In this document: piece after piece, positions 58,031 through 64,000 of the stretch | Position numbering within the stretch: position 1 is the stretch's first letter | Layout: every line of letters starts with the position of its first letter | Translations under genes and position numbers: made by a program | Origin: an uncultured Prevotella sp. | GTDB taxonomy: Bacteria; Bacteroidota; Bacteroidia; Bacteroidales; Bacteroidaceae | Direction: 5' to 3' | Assembly (NCBI GenBank): GCA_964599665.1 | Contig: CAZRGO010000010.1 | Location: 9,935-73,934, forward strand | DNA length: 64,000 nucleotides | Notes under the pieces: model-generated | The model's input: the letters and a program-made list of their open reading frames with translations, nothing else | Databases searched by the model: none | Told to the model about the DNA's origin: nothing

Positions 58031-58100
58031 TGTGATTACCTGACAAACCACTTACGCAGAAGCCACAAACAAACTGCCCAAGCTACAAAACGTAATCACA
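58031..58100 (-). repeat. 10-bp inverted repeat GTGTGATTAC / GTAATCACAC (possible terminator of the T9SS cargo gene)
   Basis: Arms at 58031-58040 and 58091-58100 with a 50-nt spacer. On the minus strand it is followed by CTTTTTCCTTTTC. It shares the GTGTGATTAC word with the repeat at 27281-27290. Confidence 0.4.
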
Positions 58101-58137
58101 CTTCTTCCTTCTTACTTTGTATTTTAACCTCTTACAT

Positions 58138-59307
58138 TTACTTCTTCAAAAACTTCCTGCCATTCTGAATATAGACATTCCCACCTTTAACATTAAGGAC
58201 TCTCTTGCCGGCAATATCATAAACATGCCGTTTCTCTACGTCCTGTCCAACGGCGGAGACGGACGTTCCAGCCTTTAGCACGCGGTGCTCGCCCTCACTG
58301 TCTATGACAAAGACTGTCATGTTGCCATCAAACAACAAGCCGTCCTCGAAATACAGATCTACATAATGAGCCTCCTGACTGTCCACTTCCGGCTCAATCA
58401 CAACTTTCTCAAATGCAAACTGGCAAACATCTGGGGCAGGCTGCCGGCCTACAAGATACAGATACTGATTAGGACTGCAACTTGTCCACATCGTCCCATA
58501 TACATGCAGCATATTGTCGCCAGTCAACTCATACTTCAGGTCATCACGCACATACTGCCCCTCTGGCACGGTACCATGCGGTGCATCCTCGTCCACCGTC
58601 AGTTGGCACCCCTTAACCCATGTACAATCAATAGGGACAGGAATATAGGTATAGTCCGCATACGTTATATATGCAACACAAGTAACTCCCCCGTCTAATA
58701 CCAGTTCATTATCTACCGCAGGCTGACACACCGGAATATCTCCACCAATACATTCCGTCCATCTTGTCCTGACGGGCTCCTCATCATCGTATGCACCGGA
58801 ATATCTGGAGGTAAAGAGAATACTTTTAAGCCTTTGGCCATTATATTCTACATACGACACTTCCTCCACCTTGCACTGATATGTCCCGCTCCCATTCAGG
58901 CGTTCCAACTCAAACTCATCGCCCTCATTAAGAGTGAAGTCATACAGAAGCACCTCACGGTCATTGTCCGGATTATATTGATACACCCTACCATTGTCCT
59001 CACGCAATATAGCGACAATCCCACCATCCTCAAACAAGGCAGTAAAATTCTCAGACTTCACGTTCTTATACGTCAGCCTTTGATACTTAACGCCATTAAA
59101 CGTCACATCGCAATCATCGGTGAATACGCAGTCATAGTCAGCATCCGGCCCGTTAAGTATTATATTCCCCATCTCCATGGAATAGAGAGAGTAGAACCGC
59201 AGATGCCAAGATTTCCCTTTCTCTATAAAAGGCGTTACCTGCGCAAAGGCGTTGCCTGCCATTACCATACATAAGGCAAACAGCATTGTTGTAAGATAGT
59301 TAGTCAT
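58138..59307 (-). CDS. Secreted protein of unknown function with T9SS C-terminal sorting domain
   Basis: Start at MTNYLTTMLFALCMVMAGNAFAQ (signal peptide). Cys-rich mature region. The C-terminus ...VYDIAGKRVLNVKGGNVYIQNGRKFLKK matches the Por secretion tail pattern. Confidence 0.7.
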   Translation of the reverse strand: MTNYLTTMLFALCMVMAGNAFAQVTPFIEKGKSWHLRFYSLYSMEMGNIILNGPDADYDCVFTDDCDVTFNGVKYQRLTYKNVKSENFTALFEDGGIVAILREDNGRVYQYNPDNDREVLLYDFTLNEGDEFELERLNGSGTYQCKVEEVSYVEYNGQRLKSILFTSRYSGAYDDEEPVRTRWTECIGGDIPVCQPAVDNELVLDGGVTCVAYITYADYTYIPVPIDCTWVKGCQLTVDEDAPHGTVPEGQYVRDDLKYELTGDNMLHVYGTMWTSCSPNQYLYLVGRQPAPDVCQFAFEKVVIEPEVDSQEAHYVDLYFEDGLLFDGNMTVFVIDSEGEHRVLKAGTSVSAVGQDVEKRHVYDIAGKRVLNVKGGNVYIQNGRKFLKK

Positions 59308-59308
59308 G

Positions 59309-59324
59309 ATATATATATATATAT
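59309..59324. repeat. (AT)8 dinucleotide microsatellite in the 5' leader of the T9SS cargo gene
   Basis: ATATATATATATATAT directly adjacent (1 nt) to the start codon at 59307. Confidence 0.9.
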
Positions 59325-59370
59325 TATTGTTGAATATTAGGTCAATAAGTTGTAAATATTGGTATTTTTG

Positions 59371-59378
59371 CAAAAATA
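59371..59378 (-). promoter_or_regulatory. -7 box TATTTTTG upstream of the T9SS cargo gene
   Basis: Plus-strand CAAAAATA at 59371-59378. It is part of the palindrome TATTTTTGCAAAAATA, so a -7-like box exists on both strands. Confidence 0.4.
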
Positions 59379-59493
59379 TAAAAAACACTTATTTTTTACA
59401 AGGAAACGCCCATTATTTTTACAAACATTAACACAAACAAACCATGCAATGATTGTTTAATAAATCATAGTATGCATCTTAGTATGCTTTAAT

Positions 59494-59531
59494 TAAAAAA
59501 GTCGGAAAAGCGAATCAGGCTTCTCCGACTT
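59494..59531 (-). terminator. Intrinsic terminator of xylA
   Basis: Hairpin AGTCGGAAAAGC...GCTTCTCCGACT (59500-59530), followed on the minus strand by TTTTTTAATT. Lies about 30 nt after the xylA stop. Confidence 0.7.
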
Positions 59532-59562
59532 AAAAAGAATCTTAATAATTTTATTTTGACAT

Positions 59563-60879
59563 TTACTTCGCATAGAGAGCTACGATGGCCTCGTAGAGTT
59601 CTTGCTTGCCTGAAGTCTGCTTAGGCTCGCCAACCTTCTTGCCATACTCGTATGCCTGCTCCAAAGTGAGTTTGCCATCCTCGAAGTCTTTGCCTATGCC
59701 GCTGTCAAAAGAAGCGTAACGCTCCTTGAGCATTGCAGGGATAGGAGAGTTCTCCATAATCTCAACAGCGTTGAGAAGAGCACGTGCACAAGCGTCCATA
59801 CCGCTGATGTGTGCGATGAAGATGTCCTCAAGGTCGGTAGAGTTGCGGCGTGTCTTTGAGTCGAAGTTAGTGCCACCGGTGCCAAGGCCACCGTTACGTA
59901 CTATCTGCATCCATGCCTGTGTCAGCTCATAGTTGTCTATAGGGAACTGGTCTGTGTCCCAACCGTTCTGATAGTCACCGCGGTTAGCGTCGATAGAGCC
60001 AAGCATACCGGCATCAACGGCACAAGCCAACTCATGCTCGAAGGTATGGCCTGCGAGTGTAGCGTGGTTCACCTCGATGTTAACCTTAAAGTCTTTGTCC
60101 AGACCGTGAGCCTTGAGGAAACCGATAACGGTCTCGGTGTCTACGTCATACTGGTGCTTTGACGGCTCCATTGGCTTTGGCTCTATAAGGAAAGTACCCT
60201 GGAATCCCTTGCTGCGTGCATAGTCACGCGCCATGCGCAACATTGTAGCCATGTGCTCCTTCTCACGCTTCTGGTCGGTATTGAGAAGAGACATATATCC
60301 CTCACGGCCTCCCCAGAACACGTAATTCTCCGCGCCTAACTTAATACCTGCGTCGATAGCGTTCTTAATCTGCACGATAGCACGAGCCACAACGTCAAAG
60401 TCCGGGTTGGTGGAAGCACCGTTCATGTAGCGGCCGTTGCCGAAGACATTGGCGGTAGACCACAACAGTTTGATGCCTGTCTCGTCCATTTTCTGCTTCA
60501 GATAGTCTGTGATAGCGGCGAGATTAGCCTCATACTCCTCTACAGAAGAACCCTCACTAACGAGGTCTACATCGTGGAAGCAATAGTAAGGCATGCCGAG
60601 CTTCTGCATGATCTCGAAACCAGCGTCAGCCTTCTGCTTTGCTATCTCAACGGCATCAGTACCCTGATTCCAAGGGAACGACTTGGTAGCACCGCCAAAC
60701 TGGTCGCCGCCCTCCGCACACAGTGTATGCCACCATGCCATAGCGAAACGCATCCAGTCCTTCATCTTCTTGCCTGCCACTACACGCTCTGCGTCATAGT
60801 AATGGAATGCCATTGGGTTCTTTGACTCAGGTCCCTCATACTGAACCTTCTTAATCTCTGGAAAATACTCTTTTGCCAT
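59563..60879 (-). CDS. xylA: Xylose isomerase
   Basis: 438 aa. N-terminus KEYFPEIKKVQYEGPESKNPMAFHYYD, motifs FHDVD and EPKPMEP, full-length colinearity. Confidence 0.95.
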   Translation of the reverse strand: MAKEYFPEIKKVQYEGPESKNPMAFHYYDAERVVAGKKMKDWMRFAMAWWHTLCAEGGDQFGGATKSFPWNQGTDAVEIAKQKADAGFEIMQKLGMPYYCFHDVDLVSEGSSVEEYEANLAAITDYLKQKMDETGIKLLWSTANVFGNGRYMNGASTNPDFDVVARAIVQIKNAIDAGIKLGAENYVFWGGREGYMSLLNTDQKREKEHMATMLRMARDYARSKGFQGTFLIEPKPMEPSKHQYDVDTETVIGFLKAHGLDKDFKVNIEVNHATLAGHTFEHELACAVDAGMLGSIDANRGDYQNGWDTDQFPIDNYELTQAWMQIVRNGGLGTGGTNFDSKTRRNSTDLEDIFIAHISGMDACARALLNAVEIMENSPIPAMLKERYASFDSGIGKDFEDGKLTLEQAYEYGKKVGEPKQTSGKQELYEAIVALYAK

Positions 60880-60958
60880 AGTTTTTGTTGATTTAAGTAA
60901 TGAATATTTTTGTTCTTTTGTAATGTTTTTGTTGCCTTATGCGGCATGCCGCCTCATA

Positions 60959-62440
60959 TTACTGCAGTCTTTTCTTCCACAGTTCGTATGCCTCTCTGTA
61001 AGCCTCAGTGTCACTTACCGGAGCCTCGGTAGATATTTTCTTAAGCGTCTTGAAGGCATCATCGGAATCCTTGTATATGCCTGCGCCTATGCCCGCACCA
61101 TACGCGGCACCTACAGAGCCGTCAGTCTCGTAGAGTTCTATGGTGGCTCCGGTAACAGCCGCAAGCGTGCGACGGAACAACGGCGACAGGAACAGATTGG
61201 CATGCCCCGCCTTTATAGTCTTTATCTCCATGCCCATCTGCAGCATTATCTCTATGCCGTAGGCGAAAGAGAACGCTATACCCTCCTGAGCGGCTCTGAG
61301 CATGTGTGCCTTGGTGTGTATGTTGAAGTTTATGCCATGCACGGAAGCACCGGGATTCTCATTCTGCAGCACACGCTCGGCACCATTGCCAAACGGTATT
61401 ACTGACAGTCCCTCAGCCCCAACAGGTACCGACTCGGCCAGTTCGTTCATCTCTGCGTATGATATATTCTCCGGAGCCACGGTGCGTTTCATCCATGCGT
61501 TGAGTATGCCCGTACCGTTAATGCACAGCAACACGCCAAGACGTGTATCGGGTTGCAGATGGTTTACGTGGGCAAATGTATTCACACGGCTCAGCTTGTC
61601 ATAGTTCACCTCGCCCAAAACGCCATACACTACACCCGATGTACCGCCCGTAGCGGCTATCTCGCCGGGTTTCATAACGTTCAATGACAATGCGTTATTG
61701 GGCTGATCGCCACCACGGTAGCTTATAGGCGTACCCTCTTTCAGTCCCAACTCCTCGGCCACCGCTCCGCATACACGTGACTGCACGGAGAACGTCGGCA
61801 CAATGTCGGCAATCATGTCGTCGCCGAAACCATAGAAGTCCATGATGTCCTTGCTCACCTCGTTGTTCTTGAAATCCCAGAACATGCCCTCTGACAGGCC
61901 GGAAACGGTCGTCTGCTTGGCACCACCGCTAAGGCGCATGGCTATATAGTCGCCCGGAAGCATTATCTTATCTATCTTTGCAAACAACTCCGGCTCGTTC
62001 TCCTTCACCCAAGCCAGCTTGGCAGCGGTAAAGTTGCCTGGAGAGTTGAGCAGATGACTCAGGCACTTGTCGTGGCCTATACCGTCAAAAGCGCTGTTGC
62101 CATAAGGCACGGCACGGCCGTCACACCATATAATGGAGGGGCGGAGAGCATTGCCATCTTTGTCCACACACACCAGACCGTGCATCTGATAAGAGATGCC
62201 TATTGCCGCAACATCGTGCAATGAGCCGCCGGCTTTCTCCGCCACACGGGCGGTAGCCTGTTTCAGTTCGTCCCACCACATCTGCGGTTCCTGCTCGGCC
62301 CATCCAGCCTGCAATGTTTTTATGGGAGCCTCGCTGTCGGGATATTGAGCGGAAGCCACCGTCTGTCCTGTCTGTGCATCTACCAGCGACGCCTTCACTG
62401 AAGATGTACCGATGTCATAGCCTAAAAGTATCTTTCTCAT
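60959..62440 (-). CDS. xylB: Xylulokinase (FGGY carbohydrate kinase)
   Basis: 493 aa with FGGY N-terminal motif LGYDIGTSSVKASL. Directly upstream of xylA. Confidence 0.9.
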   Translation of the reverse strand: MRKILLGYDIGTSSVKASLVDAQTGQTVASAQYPDSEAPIKTLQAGWAEQEPQMWWDELKQATARVAEKAGGSLHDVAAIGISYQMHGLVCVDKDGNALRPSIIWCDGRAVPYGNSAFDGIGHDKCLSHLLNSPGNFTAAKLAWVKENEPELFAKIDKIMLPGDYIAMRLSGGAKQTTVSGLSEGMFWDFKNNEVSKDIMDFYGFGDDMIADIVPTFSVQSRVCGAVAEELGLKEGTPISYRGGDQPNNALSLNVMKPGEIAATGGTSGVVYGVLGEVNYDKLSRVNTFAHVNHLQPDTRLGVLLCINGTGILNAWMKRTVAPENISYAEMNELAESVPVGAEGLSVIPFGNGAERVLQNENPGASVHGINFNIHTKAHMLRAAQEGIAFSFAYGIEIMLQMGMEIKTIKAGHANLFLSPLFRRTLAAVTGATIELYETDGSVGAAYGAGIGAGIYKDSDDAFKTLKKISTEAPVSDTEAYREAYELWKKRLQ

Positions 62441-62549
62441 AATTTACTATTGTTTGTTTTTTATCACATAGACGCCTGAAAGCAATCGGCATATACAGGC
62501 ACCGTTATTTTCGAGACATTTTATCCGCACTGCAACAGCACTCTTTTTC

Positions 62550-62637
62550 AGTACGTTATAATCGCAATGCGATTACGACACGATTGCAGTGCGATTACCA
62601 TGTAATGTCAATGCCTTTACAGCAGCATGGCTCCGCA
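62550..62637. repeat. Tandem 22-nt units of the same repeat family, between the NrtR-like regulator and xylB
   Basis: Units at 62550, 62572 (ATTACGACACGATTGCAGTGCG, 18/22 identical to the unit at 47039), 62594 (ATTACCATGTAATGTCAATGCC, 17/22 to the unit at 46995) and 62616. Perfect palindrome TAATCGCAaTGCGATTA at 62559-62575. Confidence 0.75.
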
Positions 62638-62649
62638 CCCGTCACACGA

Positions 62650-63405
62650 CTACTCATAGCCCTTGACTTTCTTGAACTTATAGTAGCGCGCGGCACGGTG
62701 GTTAACCCCCTTCTCTTTCTCGTCTAGAGCAACGACATAGGGCATTTGTGCCAGTTTCTTGTGGAAATTCTTAATGTCGGTATTCATGCCGGCCACATTC
62801 TGCATGACAAGGCGCAACTGCATGGCTGTGAACTTTCGCGGAAGCAGGTCGAACAATATCGTTGGCGTAAGGCGGGCCATGCGCCCCACCTCCTTAACGG
62901 CAGTGCGAACGATTTCCTCATGGTCAAAAGCCAAATGGGGCAGATTGCCGATAGCCACCCACTGCGCCTCGTAGCCGCCCTGCAACTTCTCCATGCGCCG
63001 GTCGATGCGAAGCAGAGAGAGATAGGCTATGGTGACGATACGCTCCAACTGCTTGTCCAACTTGTGGAAACGCTGAAGCCATATAGCATCGCCGCCAAAG
63101 GCAAGACGGTCGGCACCGCCAAAGGCACGAAACTGCGTCATATTGACCTGCGACAGCCCCGTGAGCTGTTTCAGCACACGCCGCGCCGCATCGTCAAGAT
63201 CCTCATCCATATTTATAAGGCTACCGGGAAGTTTATAGGCTCCCGTGCTATCCATACCGTCCTCGCCGCTCTGTCTGACAAGCAAGACATTAAGTTGCTC
63301 GCCGTCAAAGCCCAAAAGGACACAATCGACCGAAACGTATGGATTCACCATCTTTAATTTAGGATTTAAGGTTAGAAGACTATCTGTCTGTTGAATGGTC
63401 TGCAT
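62650..63405 (-). CDS. NrtR-family (Nudix-like domain + winged helix) transcriptional regulator, probable xylose-utilisation regulator
   Basis: 251 aa with a degenerate Nudix box (GSLINMDEDLDDAARRVLKQLTGL, catalytic Glu residues replaced). C-terminal wHTH-like segment (FTAMQLRLVMQNVAGMNTDIKNFHKKL). Adjacent to xylBA. Confidence 0.75.
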   Translation of the reverse strand: MQTIQQTDSLLTLNPKLKMVNPYVSVDCVLLGFDGEQLNVLLVRQSGEDGMDSTGAYKLPGSLINMDEDLDDAARRVLKQLTGLSQVNMTQFRAFGGADRLAFGGDAIWLQRFHKLDKQLERIVTIAYLSLLRIDRRMEKLQGGYEAQWVAIGNLPHLAFDHEEIVRTAVKEVGRMARLTPTILFDLLPRKFTAMQLRLVMQNVAGMNTDIKNFHKKLAQMPYVVALDEKEKGVNHRAARYYKFKKVKGYE

Positions 63406-63418
63406 TCAATCTCTGTTG

Positions 63419-63450
63419 CAAAAGTAACAATTTTCCATGAGCCACACAAA
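63419..63450 (-). promoter_or_regulatory. Promoter (-33 TTTG / -7 TACTTTTG) of the NrtR-like regulator
   Basis: Plus-strand CAAAAGTA at 63419-63426 and CAAA at 63447-63450, with a 20-nt spacer. This implies a leader of only about 7 nt to the ATG at 63405. Confidence 0.5.
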
Positions 63451-63530
63451 CAAAAAGCAAATTATTTTCGCAAAAACAACTTTTTTAACATCAAAGCATT
63501 ACATTTCGTAGGTTTTACGATATAAAACAA

Positions 63531-63565
63531 GCCTCTGTTATCGTAAGATATACGATAACGGAGGC
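63531..63565 (-). terminator. Intrinsic terminator downstream of the choloylglycine-hydrolase-family gene
   Basis: 15-bp stem GCCTCTGTTATCGTA / TACGATAACGGAGGC (one G-U pair) with loop AGATA. Followed on the minus strand by TTGTTTTATA. Confidence 0.65.
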
Positions 63566-63722
63566 CACGAAAATGACTTACATCATATTATAATATAACC
63601 AAAAGTAAGGCAATCGACATTACCCTTAACCCTTTATAGTTTCAGATTGCTATATCCTGACATGACAGTTTCAATCATGATGCAGTCAGTCCTTTGCCTT
63701 GTTTACGCTTGTATGCGTTTAA

Positions 63723-64000
63723 TCACTTAACTTTCATCATTTCCACCGGTTGCACTTTCACCTCATCCAACGGCGCCGACTGATGCTTTACCTTGCCGAA
63801 GTCTATAGTATTCAGGTCGAAACAGCGTATGGAACTGTTATACATGGTGCGGTAGTAGATGCAACGGTTAACAAGATCTGTTGCCACCGTCCACTGTGTT
63901 GCACTCGGAATGTCGGGCACTGGCTGTCCCTCCGTAAACTGTATGCCCGTCGGTATGTCAAAGTTGTTGAGGATATGAAAGGCCTGCTCAACGGTCTTCC
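63723..64000 (-). CDS. C-terminal part of a choloylglycine hydrolase / linear amide C-N hydrolase family protein (gene continues beyond the window)
   Basis: The frame is open to the window edge. Translation: ...KTVEQAFHILNNFDIPTGIQFTEGQPVPDIPSATQWTVATDLVNRCIYYRTMYNSSIRCFDLNTIDF..., a typical C-terminal signature of the Ntn-hydrolase BSH/PVA family. Confidence 0.7.
   Translation of the reverse strand, partial: KTVEQAFHILNNFDIPTGIQFTEGQPVPDIPSATQWTVATDLVNRCIYYRTMYNSSIRCFDLNTIDFGKVKHQSAPLDEVKVQPVEMMKVK

Overview
This 64-kb chromosomal window looks Bacteroidales. I infer that from repeated TTTG/TAnnTTTG promoter boxes with 19-20 nt spacing, absence of Shine-Dalgarno signals, a T9SS C-terminal sorting domain, an HmuY/TonB-receptor pair and an NrtR-type sugar regulator. 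I support 54 protein genes. I found no rRNA, tRNA, CRISPR array, transposase or integrase. Contents in order: an N-domain-less clpB; an SGNH hydrolase and a GT2; a TolC-HlyD-2xABC-2 permease operon with no ATPase; a ~15-kb visibly AT-rich Wzx/Wzy-type polysaccharide locus (wza, ugd, wzz, wzx, TupA-like ATP-grasp, wzy, a GH16 lipoprotein, five GT-A transferases, two initiating transferases); then mostly housekeeping genes (mdh, pepP, parC, glyQS, recQ-clpX-clpP, der, era-fabH-rpmF-yceD, rsfS-ftsH-cdsA), with a HEPN/MNT toxin-antitoxin pair wedged between era and der; a GH127; a lolD-like ATPase; cvfB; a lipoprotein-HmuY-TonB receptor operon; a T9SS cargo of unknown function; xylA-xylB with an NrtR-family regulator; and the 3' end of a choloylglycine-hydrolase gene. 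Two signals are not explained by gene calls. (1) A ~400-nt ORF-free, highly structured leader or ncRNA lies between a good promoter and an outer-membrane beta-barrel gene, with a long-range helix that competes with an intrinsic terminator. (2) A family of 22-nt-period tandem repeats built from two interleaved palindromes (ATTACnnnGTAAT and AATCGCAnTGCGATT, dyad centres 11 bp apart) occurs in at least three intergenic regions. All motif coordinates were counted by hand, and no database search or folding computation was possible.
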